A stretch of 64,000 nt of DNA from an uncultured bacterium (GCA_965662235.1 CBFIGY010000010.1:1-64000), one strand, 5' to 3'; positions 20,728-30,854 are shown, numbered from the stretch's first letter. Notes: generated by a model not told the origin, from the sequence alone. A program made the numbers and translations.

Positions 20728-21738
20728 ATGAGTGTCGGGAAGTTAACTGGACCCAAGAAAGCGGCCATCCTGCTCCTTGCTTTGGGAGAAGAGGGGGCAT
20801 CAGAGGTCATGAAGAACCTAGATGAGTCTGAGATCCAGCAGGTGGGGTATTACATGACCCGCTTCTCAGACATTGAACCGGAGGAGCTGGACATTGTCCT
20901 CGAGGAGTTCTACCGAAACTCCGTGCTGCAGGAAGAGGGCGCCCACGTCAACGCGACCCCAGATTTTGTCAAGAACGCCTTGGTCAAAGCGCTGGGCGCC
21001 GACAAGGCCAAGGAGCTGGAAGGCAACCTGCGTTCAGGACACGAAGAGGGCGGGCTGGATGCCCTGCGCTACGTGGACCCGATCATGATCTCCAACTACG
21101 TCCGGGGCGAGCACCCGCAGACGATTGCGCTGATCATCTCGTACCTGACGAATGTGGATCAGGCGGCCACTGTTCTGCGCTCCCTTCCAGAGAACGTTCA
21201 GGCGGATGTGATGTACCGGATGGCCGTCATTGACAGCATTCCGCCCGGGGTGGTTTCTGAAATGAACGAAGTCCTTTATGAAGAAATGAAAGCGGCAGGC
21301 AGCATGGTGACAAAAGTAGGCGGCGTGGCCCCTGTGGCGGAAATCCTCAACGCGGTGGACAAGTCCACAGAAACCCGAATCCTAGCCACCATTGAAGAGT
21401 CGAATCCGGACCTCGCGGAATCCATCCGGGAGCTGATGTTCACCTTCGAGGACCTGAGCCTGATCGACTCCAAGCAGATGCAGACAGTCCTCAAGGACGT
21501 GGATCAGGCCGACATGGTGCTGGCACTGAAGACGGCCAGCGATTCCATCCGGGAGCTGATCTTCAGCTCCATGTCGTCTCGTGCAGCAGAGATGGTCCGA
21601 GACGACCTAGAAAACCTAGGCCCCGTCAAGGTCTCAGACGTAGAAGGGGCTCAGCAGAAGATCATCAAGGTGGTGAAGAAGCTCGAAGAAGAGGGCAAGA
21701 TCGTCATCGCCGGTGGCGGGGGCTCCGAAGTCGTCTAG
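20728..21738 (+). CDS. fliG: Flagellar motor switch protein FliG
   Basis: KAAILLLALGEE, EHPQTIALI, GG..VAEILN, MFTFEDL, MSSRAAEM..DDL and VEGAQQKI. Confidence 0.95.
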   Translation: MSVGKLTGPKKAAILLLALGEEGASEVMKNLDESEIQQVGYYMTRFSDIEPEELDIVLEEFYRNSVLQEEGAHVNATPDFVKNALVKALGADKAKELEGNLRSGHEEGGLDALRYVDPIMISNYVRGEHPQTIALIISYLTNVDQAATVLRSLPENVQADVMYRMAVIDSIPPGVVSEMNEVLYEEMKAAGSMVTKVGGVAPVAEILNAVDKSTETRILATIEESNPDLAESIRELMFTFEDLSLIDSKQMQTVLKDVDQADMVLALKTASDSIRELIFSSMSSRAAEMVRDDLENLGPVKVSDVEGAQQKIIKVVKKLEEEGKIVIAGGGGSEVV

Positions 21739-21755
21739 CCCCATCGCCCGCAAAC

Positions 21756-21780
21756 GGGGCCGCTCCGAGGCCCCTTCCTT
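21756..21780 (+). terminator. Possible intrinsic terminator after fliG
   Basis: GGGGCC-N7-GGCCCC followed by a pyrimidine tract with weak U content. Confidence 0.35.
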
Positions 21781-21806
21781 CCTCCTCTCCCCAACCTCAG
21801 ACTGAA

Positions 21807-22640
21807 ATGCGAACCTTTTTGGACAAGATGCGGGACCTCAAGCTGGAAGAGGTCGCGACCCGGAGCCAACACACGTCAGCAGCCGAGCTGCAGGCGCAGC
21901 TTCCCGACCTTCCGGCCCGGGCTTCCTTTGCTGAAGCCGTGCGGCGTGCGCCGAGCCAGCGGATCTCTTTGATCACTGAGGTGAAGGCCAAGGCACCCGG
22001 CCGAGAAAATGTTGCCTCCCTGGACCTCCAGGCGGTGCTTCAGGACTATGAGGCCGGAGGCACTCAGGCGATTTCGGTCCTGACCGACGGGCACTACTTT
22101 GGCGGAGCCTTGGAGACGCTGGAGCAGGCGGCTCAGGCTACCGCCCTGCCGTTGCTGCACAAGGAGTTCATTGTGCACCCGTATCAGCTGCTGGAAGGGC
22201 GGGTCCGGGGTGCCAGCGCTGCGCTCATCCTGGCCTACTACTTCAGCGCTTCCGAACTGCAGGACCTCGTGGCGCAGGCTGAGGAGTGGGGGCTAGACGC
22301 AGTGGTGGAGTGCTCCTTGGAGTCGGAATTGCCCCGAACCCTAGAGGTGGCGCCGCGGGTGCTGATGATCAACAACCGCCCCATTGCCTCGCTTCCAGAG
22401 AATCCGAAACAGACCTACCACCTGGGGTCCGTTGAGACGACCCCGAACTGGTGGCACCAGTTTCCGGAGCTTCGGGCATGGAAGTCGCAACCCAATGCTA
22501 CTTTGGTTAGTGCCAGCTGCATTGGTGCCGCAGCAGACCTCCAGCAGTTGGAGGCCATTCCCTGTGATGCCGCCCTCATCGGCAACTCTGTGATGAGTGC
22601 TCCGGACCGGGTTCAGTTCCTTCAGGCGCTCCGCAGCTGA
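21807..22640 (+). CDS. trpC: Indole-3-glycerol phosphate synthase-like protein (divergent)
   Basis: ITEVK, AISVLTD..YFGG, LLHKEFI..YQL.E, INNR and ALIG. Several canonical residues are substituted. Confidence 0.75.
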   Translation: MRTFLDKMRDLKLEEVATRSQHTSAAELQAQLPDLPARASFAEAVRRAPSQRISLITEVKAKAPGRENVASLDLQAVLQDYEAGGTQAISVLTDGHYFGGALETLEQAAQATALPLLHKEFIVHPYQLLEGRVRGASAALILAYYFSASELQDLVAQAEEWGLDAVVECSLESELPRTLEVAPRVLMINNRPIASLPENPKQTYHLGSVETTPNWWHQFPELRAWKSQPNATLVSASCIGAAADLQQLEAIPCDAALIGNSVMSAPDRVQFLQALRS

Positions 22641-22699
22641 CCACCAACCTCTGTGTGTCCTGATTCTTTTGTCCTTTTCTTTCAAGCAGTTGGTCCTTC

Positions 22700-23152
22700 A
22701 TGAGCCTCAATTCTCCTTCTACATTGAACATCTTGGTGGTGGATGATGACGAAAACATTCGGATGGTCCTGCAGCGGGCCCTGACGAAGCTCGGTTACCA
22801 CGTCAGCACCGCTCGGAGTGCCGAAGAGGCGCTGAACACGCTCCAGCGCAGCTTCTTCCATGTGGTGATTACCGACTTGATGATGGAGGAAATGACCGGG
22901 GTGGAGCTGATGCAGCAGATCAAGGAGATGAACTCCTTGATGCAGATCTACGTCATGACCGCTCACTCCACGCTTCCCAGTGTCATTCAGTGCATGCGGG
23001 GAGGCGCGTACGACTACTTTGAGAAGCCGCTTCAGATTGAGGATGTGGCCAAGTCTCTGGGAGAAGCCGCGCGCCGGGCGGAACGCTGGAGCACGCTTTA
23101 CAAGCGGTATGCGGCCAAGCTTCCGACGGCAGAGGCGGATACGGAGGGGTAA
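22700..23152 (+). CDS. Response regulator receiver protein
   Basis: ILVVDDD, VVITDLMM (phospho-Asp), MTAH and GAYDYFEKP. Confidence 0.92.
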   Translation: MSLNSPSTLNILVVDDDENIRMVLQRALTKLGYHVSTARSAEEALNTLQRSFFHVVITDLMMEEMTGVELMQQIKEMNSLMQIYVMTAHSTLPSVIQCMRGGAYDYFEKPLQIEDVAKSLGEAARRAERWSTLYKRYAAKLPTAEADTEG

Positions 23153-24202
23153 TCAGTAGGTGCGGCGGACGACGTATTCAGCCAGGTCGGCCAGTGTCTG
23201 TCGGGTGCTGGCGTCCGGAAGGTCGGTCAGCTGCGCCTGAGCGTCCCGGACGTACTGTTGGGCGGTTTCCAGCGTGTGCTCAATGGAGCCTGTGTTGCGC
23301 ATCATCGCGGCCACTTGGCTGATCTCGGCAGGCCCAATGTGTTCCAGAGCCAAAATGGCTTCCACCTGCTGCCGGTCCGCTTGGCTGCTGTGCTCGAGTA
23401 GGTGACTGAGGGGCAGGGTGATCTTTCGCTCCTGCAGATCGGTGCCAATGGCCTTCCCAATGTTCAACTCTTCTGAATAATCCAACGCATCATCCACCAT
23501 CTGAAAGGCCATGCCGAGGTTGATGCCGTACTCGTAGAGCGCCGCGGCCTGAGCGTCGGAGGCCTGATTGAGAAGCGCCCCCATGCGGGTGGCGGCTCCA
23601 AACAGGCTGGCGGTCTTGTTGTGAATGATCTGCAGGTACTGGCTGAGGTCCCGCTGCTGGTACCCGCGCGTCAGCTGGAGCAGCTCCCCCCGGGCCATCA
23701 GCGTCGTGGTCTCAGACATCAACCGCAGCACCTCCGTGTTGCGGAGGCTGGTGAGCATCCGGAACGACAGGGCGAGGAGGTAGTCACCCACCAGCACACT
23801 CGCTTCATTCCCCCAAATGGTTCGGGCTGCCTGCCGGGACCGGCGCGTCTCGGCACCATCCACCACGTCGTCATGCAGCAGCGTCGCCGTGTGCAGAAAC
23901 TCCACCACTTGGGCGGCCTTAAGGATGCGCCCATCAACTGGACCAAACCCCTTCGCGCCTAATAGAACCAGGGCCGGACGGAGGCGCTTGCCTCCGGACT
24001 GGAGGATGTGCTCGGCCACCTGGGTCAGGAGTGTCAGGTCGGTCTGCGCGTTTTGCAGAATCAACGTCTCCAGCCCCTTCAGGTCGGCTTCAACGTGACC
24101 AAATAAGGAATCTGCTGCAGGCGACGGCGAGGCAGGAGTCGCTTCCGGTTTTTTAGGCACCGTCTGCGGCTCAGCAGGAGGTGGAGATTCAGGAGAAAGC
24201 AA
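23153..24202 (-). CDS. ispB: Polyprenyl diphosphate synthase
   Basis: GGKRLRP, LLHDDVVD...RR, KTASLF and FQMVDDALD. Start uncertain. Confidence 0.9.
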   Translation of the reverse strand: MLSPESPPPAEPQTVPKKPEATPASPSPAADSLFGHVEADLKGLETLILQNAQTDLTLLTQVAEHILQSGGKRLRPALVLLGAKGFGPVDGRILKAAQVVEFLHTATLLHDDVVDGAETRRSRQAARTIWGNEASVLVGDYLLALSFRMLTSLRNTEVLRLMSETTTLMARGELLQLTRGYQQRDLSQYLQIIHNKTASLFGAATRMGALLNQASDAQAAALYEYGINLGMAFQMVDDALDYSEELNIGKAIGTDLQERKITLPLSHLLEHSSQADRQQVEAILALEHIGPAEISQVAAMMRNTGSIEHTLETAQQYVRDAQAQLTDLPDASTRQTLADLAEYVVRRTY

Positions 24203-24343
24203 GAGAATGCCTGCAACAAGTGGGATCGGTCTTGAACAACACCTAGAAACACTGGCAGAATCCTAACAGATCAACTGGGTAGCGCCAAGCTTTTCATCAG
24301 GACCCATCCGGTCCTTAAACTCCATGCATGACGGTGCTGGTTC

Positions 24344-26086
24344 ATGAGTTCCTATCACCCCGCAGTTGAGCACCTCCAGGAAGCTGGACGGGTCTCTGTG
24401 GCTCAACTGAAGCCCCTGCACGAACAGCTGGTGGCGTACCGACAGCGTCCGGACGCCCTCAAGGAAGTCCTCCTCAAGCACAAGGTTGTGACGGAAGACG
24501 ACTTCCAAGAAGCTCTGGCGTCTTACTACGACCTAGAGTTCCGGGCGTCACTGGAGGACGTTCCGATTGACCCTGAGCTGTCGCAACGCATTCCCATCCG
24601 TTATGCCAAACGTTTCAACTGCATGCCGATGCGGCAGCAGGAAGAGGTGCTTGAGGTGGTCACCGACGACCCACGGCGGCTGGAGGCCCTGGAAGAGCTA
24701 GCCCGGGAGTTTGGATGCCGGGTTCAGCCGGTGCTGTCGTCCCGTCAGGCGGTTCTGGATTTCATCAACCGCTCCTACGATCAGGCGACAGGCTTCAGCG
24801 AAGAGGCCGTGGGCGACCTTGATTCAGAGGAGCGCATTGAGGGCATCTCCGGAATTGAGGAGCCCGAGGACCTGTTGGATGCGACCGATGAGGAGCCCGT
24901 CAAGCGTTTGGTGAACTCGCTGCTGTGGCAGGCAGTCCGTGATGGCGTCAGCGACGTTCACATCGACCCCACCCCGAAGGAAACGCAGATCCGGTACCGC
25001 ATTGATGGCGTGCTGCACGCCGTGACGCGGGTGCCCCGGGCGGCGCACATCACGGTGGTGAACCGCATCAAGGTCATGTCCCGCCTCGATATTGCGCAGA
25101 AGGGCATTCCGCAGGACGGGCAGACCATGATCGTCATTGCCGGCAAGAAGATCGACATCCGGGTGTCCACGGTGCCCACGGTTTATGGGGAGAAGGTGGT
25201 GATGCGGCTGCTGCAGCGCAGCGAGAAGCTGCTGAGTCTTCCAGAATTGGGAATGTCTAAGCGCCTGCTGGAACCTTACCGCAAGATGGTCCACTCGCAC
25301 GGAGGCATTGTGCTGGTGACCGGACCAACTGGAAGCGGAAAGACAACCACGCTCTATGCCTCTCTTTCCGAAATTGACCACACTGCCCGCAACGTCATCA
25401 CCATTGAGGAGCCGGTGGAGTACAAAATGCCGGGGTACAGCCAGATTGAGGTCAACCCCCGGATTGGCCTGACCTTCGCGAGTGCCCTCCGGTCGGTGCT
25501 GCGTCAGGACCCAGATGTGGTGATGGTGGGGGAGATGCGAGACACGGAGACCGCGCAGATTGCCATTCAAGCGGCCCTCACAGGGCACCTCGTCTTCAGT
25601 ACCGTCCACACCAACAATGCTCCTGCGACGATCACCCGCCTCATTGACATGGGCGTTGAGCCGTTTCTGGTGTCTTCGACGATCATTGGGGTCCTGGCGC
25701 AGCGGTTGGTGCGGCGGATCTGTCCGGACTGCAAGGAGTCGTATGAACCCCATCCGGAGCAGTTGCGTGAGCTGCGCATTCCCCCGGAGGTTCTGCAGAA
25801 GGCGGGTGGCGTGCTCTACCGTGGTGCCGGATGTGAGGCGTGCCGGCAGACCGGGTATCGGGGGCGCATTGGCATCCATGAGCTGCTCCCCATGTCCGAC
25901 TCCGTCAAGCAGGTCATCCTCGGCACCAGTGACTCCACCAGCATCCGGCGTCAGGCCATCAAGGAGAACATGATCACCCTTCGGCGCGATGGCATTTACA
26001 AGGTCCTCCTGGGCGTGACCACGGCTGAAGAGGTCCTGGCCATCACCACTGAAGAAGCCGCGGCTTCTCTGCCTGAACCCTCCTGA
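24344..26086 (+). CDS. gspE: Type II secretion / type IV pilus assembly ATPase (GspE/PilB family)
   Basis: SDVHI, RYRIDG, GPTGSGKTTTLY, LRQDPDVVMVGEMRD, TGHLVFSTVH and the CPDC...CEAC zinc motif. Confidence 0.92.
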   Translation: MSSYHPAVEHLQEAGRVSVAQLKPLHEQLVAYRQRPDALKEVLLKHKVVTEDDFQEALASYYDLEFRASLEDVPIDPELSQRIPIRYAKRFNCMPMRQQEEVLEVVTDDPRRLEALEELAREFGCRVQPVLSSRQAVLDFINRSYDQATGFSEEAVGDLDSEERIEGISGIEEPEDLLDATDEEPVKRLVNSLLWQAVRDGVSDVHIDPTPKETQIRYRIDGVLHAVTRVPRAAHITVVNRIKVMSRLDIAQKGIPQDGQTMIVIAGKKIDIRVSTVPTVYGEKVVMRLLQRSEKLLSLPELGMSKRLLEPYRKMVHSHGGIVLVTGPTGSGKTTTLYASLSEIDHTARNVITIEEPVEYKMPGYSQIEVNPRIGLTFASALRSVLRQDPDVVMVGEMRDTETAQIAIQAALTGHLVFSTVHTNNAPATITRLIDMGVEPFLVSSTIIGVLAQRLVRRICPDCKESYEPHPEQLRELRIPPEVLQKAGGVLYRGAGCEACRQTGYRGRIGIHELLPMSDSVKQVILGTSDSTSIRRQAIKENMITLRRDGIYKVLLGVTTAEEVLAITTEEAAASLPEPS

Positions 26087-26098
26087 GCTCAACCCCTT

Positions 26099-28027
26099 TT
26101 GACTGCACCCCATCACCTGGTTATTGGAACCAGCGGTCACATTGATCACGGAAAGACGACCCTCGTCAAGGCGTTGACCGGTGTGGATGCCGACCGCTTT
26201 GAAGAGGAGAAGCGCCGGGGCATCACCATCGATCTCGGATTTGCGCACACGACAGATGCGGCAGGCAACACCCTGGCGCTTGTTGATGTGCCGGGGCATG
26301 AGCGCTTTGTGCACAACATGCTGGCAGGCGTTTCAGGACTGGACGCGGTGCTGCTCGTGGTCGCCGCCGATGAGGGCGTGATGCCACAAACCCGGGAGCA
26401 CTTGGCCATCTGTGACCTCCTGGGCGTCAGCCAAGGGATCGTGGTCCTCACTCGGATTGACCGTCTGGAGGATCCGGAGCTGGCCGACCTCTGCGCCGAG
26501 GAAGTGCAGGAGCTGGTGCAGGGAACGTTTCTGGAGGCGGCGCCGGTGTTGCCGGTTTCGTCGGTGACCGGAGAGGGGATTCCGGAACTCAAGCAGGCTC
26601 TCTGGAACCTGCACCCCCGTACCCTAGCAGAAGCTCAGGAACGTCCGTTCCGGCTTGCGGTGGACCGCTCCTTTTCGGTGAAGGGCTTTGGCACTGTGGT
26701 GACCGGGACCGTTTGGTCAGGCCGGACCCGTTTGGAGGAAACGCTGGTGCAGTACCCGCAGGGAAGCCGGGTCCGCATCCGGGGGTTGCAGTCTCATGGG
26801 ACGCAGCAGGAGCAGGTGGTGGCAGGCCAGCGGGCCGCCATCAATCTTGGAGGCGTGCATCACGAAGCCATTCACCGTGGCGATCAGCTGGCGCCTCCGG
26901 AGTCGCTGCTGAACAGCTTCATGCTCAATGTGGAGCTGCGGGTGCTGGCAGATGCGCCTTCGGCTCTGGGACAGCGTCAGCGGGTTCGGGTGCATCTTGG
27001 CACTCAGGAACTGCTGGGACGCCTCATCCTTCTGGAAGGCGAGACGCTGCTTCCAGGAGCATCCGGGCTGTGTCAGCTGCGTTTAGAGCAGCCCACCAGC
27101 ACCCGTTTTGGAGACCGCTTCATCATCCGGAGCTACTCCCCCAGCCGAACGCTGGGAGGTGGGCAGGTGCTGGATCCGGCGCCCGTGAAGTCCCGGCGTG
27201 TGATGCACGAACTCGCTCAGCGCCTCCGTGTGCTGCAGGGCCCTGATGAGTCAGGACGCGTGGAGGAAACGGTGTACCTGCAGGCCCTCCGGGGGGTGCG
27301 GCAGGAGGAGCTGGCCGTGCGGTCGGGGCTTTCGGGAAAGCGAGCCGACAAGGTGCTGCAAGCCCTGCAGAGCAAGCAGCGCCTGCTTTGCCTAGACGCT
27401 ACTGAGCGACGGTGGTGGCACATGGATCACCTGCGGCGCCTGGGGCAGTACGTCCGACGCTTGGTTCAGGAACACCATGAGCGCTTTCCAGACCGAGAAG
27501 GCCTCACGCGCTCGGAGCTGGCCGGGAAGCTGGGACCCGTGTTTTCTCAGGAGTCTCAGGTGGAGGCCCTGCTGAAGGTGCTGGTCCGAGAAGCGGTGCT
27601 GGTGAAGCGCGAGCAGGCTTATGCGCATCCGGACCACCAGCCTGAGGTTGCCGAGTCGCAGACAGAACTGCTGGAACGCTGCCTGACCCTGCTGCGAGCC
27701 GGAGGCGCCCAGCCTATGCGGCAGAGCCACCTGCTTGAGCAGCTTGGGCTTGAGGAAAAGGCCGGCGTTGCGTTGCTGAAGTCAGCGTCGCACCACAAGC
27801 ACCTGATCCGGGTGGCTGAAGACCTGTTTTATCCTCCGGAAACGTTGGCTGCCCTAGAGGCGCAGATGCGGGGACACTTTCAGCACCAAGAGACCCTGAC
27901 TGTGATCGAATTTAAAGAAATGACCGGGATTTCTCGAAAGCACGCGGTAGAGTTGCTAGAATACTGGGATCGTCAACGCCTGACGATCCGACGCGAAAAT
28001 CATCGCGTTGCAGGATCGCTGGACTAA
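26099..28027 (+). CDS. selB: Selenocysteine-specific elongation factor
   Basis: IGTSGHIDHGKT, EEKRRGITIDLGFA, DVPGHERFVHNMLAG and MPQTREH; C-terminal winged helix GISRKHAVELLEYWD. TTG start. Confidence 0.95.
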   Translation: MTAPHHLVIGTSGHIDHGKTTLVKALTGVDADRFEEEKRRGITIDLGFAHTTDAAGNTLALVDVPGHERFVHNMLAGVSGLDAVLLVVAADEGVMPQTREHLAICDLLGVSQGIVVLTRIDRLEDPELADLCAEEVQELVQGTFLEAAPVLPVSSVTGEGIPELKQALWNLHPRTLAEAQERPFRLAVDRSFSVKGFGTVVTGTVWSGRTRLEETLVQYPQGSRVRIRGLQSHGTQQEQVVAGQRAAINLGGVHHEAIHRGDQLAPPESLLNSFMLNVELRVLADAPSALGQRQRVRVHLGTQELLGRLILLEGETLLPGASGLCQLRLEQPTSTRFGDRFIIRSYSPSRTLGGGQVLDPAPVKSRRVMHELAQRLRVLQGPDESGRVEETVYLQALRGVRQEELAVRSGLSGKRADKVLQALQSKQRLLCLDATERRWWHMDHLRRLGQYVRRLVQEHHERFPDREGLTRSELAGKLGPVFSQESQVEALLKVLVREAVLVKREQAYAHPDHQPEVAESQTELLERCLTLLRAGGAQPMRQSHLLEQLGLEEKAGVALLKSASHHKHLIRVAEDLFYPPETLAALEAQMRGHFQHQETLTVIEFKEMTGISRKHAVELLEYWDRQRLTIRRENHRVAGSLD

Positions 28028-28048
28028 CGTTTCTGTTCTCAAGGAGTC

Positions 28049-28198
28049 ATGAAATTTCTTGCCCCTCAGTCTCGATTTGTCCTCAAGACCTTCTTCAAGC
28101 GAAACTACGACGCGCTCTCTGATGCTGCGCAGACCACGACCAACCGGGTGATGCTGGTGGCCGACGTGGCGATCGTCTACGCCCTCTTCTTCCTCTAA
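28049..28198 (+). CDS. Small 49-aa protein with hydrophobic C-terminus (not in the ORF track)
   Basis: AAGGAG immediately upstream of ATG 28049. Translation MKFLAPQSRFVLKTFFKRNYDALSDAAQTTTNRVMLVADVAIVYALFFL. Fills the gap between selB and the next gene. Confidence 0.6.
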   Translation: MKFLAPQSRFVLKTFFKRNYDALSDAAQTTTNRVMLVADVAIVYALFFL

Positions 28199-28202
28199 AT
28201 TC

Positions 28203-30320
28203 ATGCGTTACTATCTGCTCCTCCCCTCCTTGCTGTGTGCGGGAGGAGTATGGGCTCAGAGCCTGATTCAGGATCCTCAGTGGCTGCAGGAGCAGCTTCC
28301 GGAAGTGGCAGAAGCTGAGGTGGTGCTCCAGCTTCCGGCTCGTCCGGTGCCATCGAAACGCATCAGCAGTCGGCTGGAGGAGTTTCTGGTGGAGCAGCCC
28401 ACGCTTGCGCAGAAGCTCCTGCAAACGGCCGCGACGGATCCGGAGCAGGCTTGGTTGGAGTACCAGGAAGTCCGCTCGCAGCTTGGGCGCCCGGAAGCGC
28501 TGGGGCTGGCGGCTCAGATTCAGCTCAGCCGGGAGCAGTGGGCGGCAGCAGCTGGAGCGGCCCGGGACTTCCTGGAACGCTTCCCGGAGCACTCCAGTGC
28601 GCCCTCGGTGTACTGGATCCTCAACCGTGCCCGCTTTGAACAAAAAGAACCGCTGGACACGAGTCCATACTGGCTGGAACGCGCCATGACCTCTCTGCCA
28701 GCACCGCCTCGGCTGGACCTGTGGGAGATGCTTGCGACCCAGGCCCGCCAGCAGGATCGGCTGCTGGACGCACTGGAGTACGACCTTCAGGCGTTGCAGG
28801 ACCCTGGGCAGCCTGATCCGCCTGCCTTTGCCGAGTCCGTCTTTGAGCGGATGCAGGAGCTGGACAGCACGGCTGAGTTGAACCAGCTGGCGGATGCGCA
28901 TCCGGACCTGGCTCTGCTGCGTCAGAAGCTCCCGGAGATCTACATCAAGCTGCTCATGCGGCAAGGGGAATACGGTCGAGCGGCGCTGCTGGTGAACCAG
29001 CTGCTCCCACGCCTGCAGCAGTCCAATCTGGTGGAACAGGTGGAGGCCCTGCAGTTTCTGCAGCGACGCATTCAGGCCGCGCAGCAGATGCAACCGCAGC
29101 GCATTGGCGTCATTTTGCCCATCACCAGCAGCAGCGCCTTGGTGTCACGACTGACGCAGCAGACCCTGACGGGGCTGCGCCTGGCGTTGAAGGTCGCTCC
29201 GGAGCCGGCTCCCGACAATGCTTCTGGGCGTCCTGTGGTTTCGGAAACGGCAAGGGGCGCTTTTCCCTCGGTGCTTCCGCTGGAGGCTCGGCTTCCGCTT
29301 CAGGAGCCGCAGTGGGAGCTGGTCATCCGAGACTCCGGGCTGAATCCAGAGCAAACGCGTCGGGTTTTTGCGGAATTGGTGGAGGAAGAGCACGTTTCCG
29401 CCGTCATTGGTCCGCTGACGCGTCGAACGTCTGAAGCGGCTGCTGAAGAGGCGCAGCGTTGGCAGGTGCCGCTCATTTCTCTCTCGCTCACCTCCAGCAT
29501 TGCCGAGCTGGGAGATTACGTCTTCCGGAACAACCTCAGCTGGCAGCAGGAAATCCGCGATCTCCTGCGTTACGCGTGGGACTACCAGCAGGTCCGGAAG
29601 GTCGCGGTGCTGTACACCAATGAGCGGGAAGGTCGGGAGAAGGCAAAGCTCTTCTTGGAAGAAGCCGCCCAGGTGGGCATTGAGGTGGTGGCAGTGGAGC
29701 AGTACCTGTCGCAGCAGGCGAGCTACGTCCACGAATTTGAAGCGGTAACCGGAATGCTGACAGCGACTTCCGAGCGAGATGAACAGGCGCTGGCGGAGCT
29801 CCGGGAGAAGCGTGAGCCGCACCTGAACTTTGACGCGGTCTTTGTGGCGGCCGGAAGCCGAGGGTTGGCTGACCTAAAGGTCCTGCTGCCGTACATTTCC
29901 GTGTATGAGCTGGACCGTTTGCTGGTGTTGGGAGACAGCGGCTGGAGCGACCAAGCCCTGCTGTTTGCGCAAGGACGGGAGCGGCTCCGGCGCTTGGTGC
30001 TGGTGGACAGCTTCTTTGCGCAGAGCCCAAGACCCGAGGTGCAGGCGTTTGTGGAAGCACATGAGCGGATGATGCTGGGTGCTCCCAGCTACCAAGGGCC
30101 GTCTAACTATGTGGCGTATGCCTACGACACGCTGCTGCTGCTCAAGCAGCTCCTCCGGAACCCGCGGAACCACTCCCACCGAGAGCTACGGGAAGCACTG
30201 CTGCAGCTCAAGGGATTTCAGGGAGCCACGGGGCGGATTCACTTTGATGAGCAGGGGGAGATTCAGCGAGAGATGCAGCTGCTGACCATCCGGAACGGGC
30301 GCTTCCGGCCCATTCCGTAA
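28203..30320 (+). CDS. LpoA/LppC-like penicillin-binding protein activator (TPR + periplasmic binding fold)
   Basis: Signal peptide and TPR-like N-half; then RIGVILP, VIRDS, AVIGPL, FDAVFV, AYAYDT and GFQGATGRIHFD. Confidence 0.78.
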   Translation: MRYYLLLPSLLCAGGVWAQSLIQDPQWLQEQLPEVAEAEVVLQLPARPVPSKRISSRLEEFLVEQPTLAQKLLQTAATDPEQAWLEYQEVRSQLGRPEALGLAAQIQLSREQWAAAAGAARDFLERFPEHSSAPSVYWILNRARFEQKEPLDTSPYWLERAMTSLPAPPRLDLWEMLATQARQQDRLLDALEYDLQALQDPGQPDPPAFAESVFERMQELDSTAELNQLADAHPDLALLRQKLPEIYIKLLMRQGEYGRAALLVNQLLPRLQQSNLVEQVEALQFLQRRIQAAQQMQPQRIGVILPITSSSALVSRLTQQTLTGLRLALKVAPEPAPDNASGRPVVSETARGAFPSVLPLEARLPLQEPQWELVIRDSGLNPEQTRRVFAELVEEEHVSAVIGPLTRRTSEAAAEEAQRWQVPLISLSLTSSIAELGDYVFRNNLSWQQEIRDLLRYAWDYQQVRKVAVLYTNEREGREKAKLFLEEAAQVGIEVVAVEQYLSQQASYVHEFEAVTGMLTATSERDEQALAELREKREPHLNFDAVFVAAGSRGLADLKVLLPYISVYELDRLLVLGDSGWSDQALLFAQGRERLRRLVLVDSFFAQSPRPEVQAFVEAHERMMLGAPSYQGPSNYVAYAYDTLLLLKQLLRNPRNHSHRELREALLQLKGFQGATGRIHFDEQGEIQREMQLLTIRNGRFRPIP

Positions 30321-30327
30321 CGAGCGG

Positions 30328-30810
30328 TCACACGTTCAAAGCTGACTCAGCAATGACGATGCCGTCTTCATCGGCATACAGCCAGTCTCCCGGAGACACC
30401 GGGACGCCGGCCAGTGCAAGATCGACATCTTCCTCGCCGCGGTCCAGCTTGATGCTCTTGCGAGGATTGGTGTCCAGAGCCCACACGCCAATGGGCATGG
30501 TTGCGATCTCTGCGCTGTCCCGGATGCATCCCTGCACCACAATGCCCGACCAGCCATTGTCGACTCCCAGCTGCGCCAGGTTGTCTCCCAGCAACGCGCA
30601 CCGCATGGAGCCGGCGCCATCCACCACCAGCACCCGTCCCTTTCCGGGCTGTTCCAGCTGCCTGCGGACCAGCGAATTGTCTTCAAAAACACGCAACGTC
30701 TTGACCAGGCCATGGGCCTTGGTGTGGCCACCGTAGCTGCGGAAACCGGGTTCAGTGACCCGGAGGTCTTCACCAAATTGATCATAAAGATCGGCTGTCT
30801 TGATACTCAT
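30328..30810 (-). CDS. rraA: RraA-family protein (RNase E regulator / HMG aldolase-like)
   Basis: TADLYD, EDNSLVR, VLVVDGAGS..CALLGD, GCIRD and WLYADEDGI. Confidence 0.92.
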   Translation of the reverse strand: MSIKTADLYDQFGEDLRVTEPGFRSYGGHTKAHGLVKTLRVFEDNSLVRRQLEQPGKGRVLVVDGAGSMRCALLGDNLAQLGVDNGWSGIVVQGCIRDSAEIATMPIGVWALDTNPRKSIKLDRGEEDVDLALAGVPVSPGDWLYADEDGIVIAESALNV

Positions 30811-30854
30811 GGGGGGCTTTCTGAGAAAGGTTCCGGAGTCGCTGCGAAAAGCAC

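Noticed and set aside
24824..26314. 496-aa ORF antisense to gspE, and similar long antisense ORFs (39758-40921, 41205-42515, 34342-35457, 60289-61254, 62018-63049)
   Set aside because: Shadow ORFs expected opposite well-supported genes in high-GC DNA. They carry no recognisable motifs.
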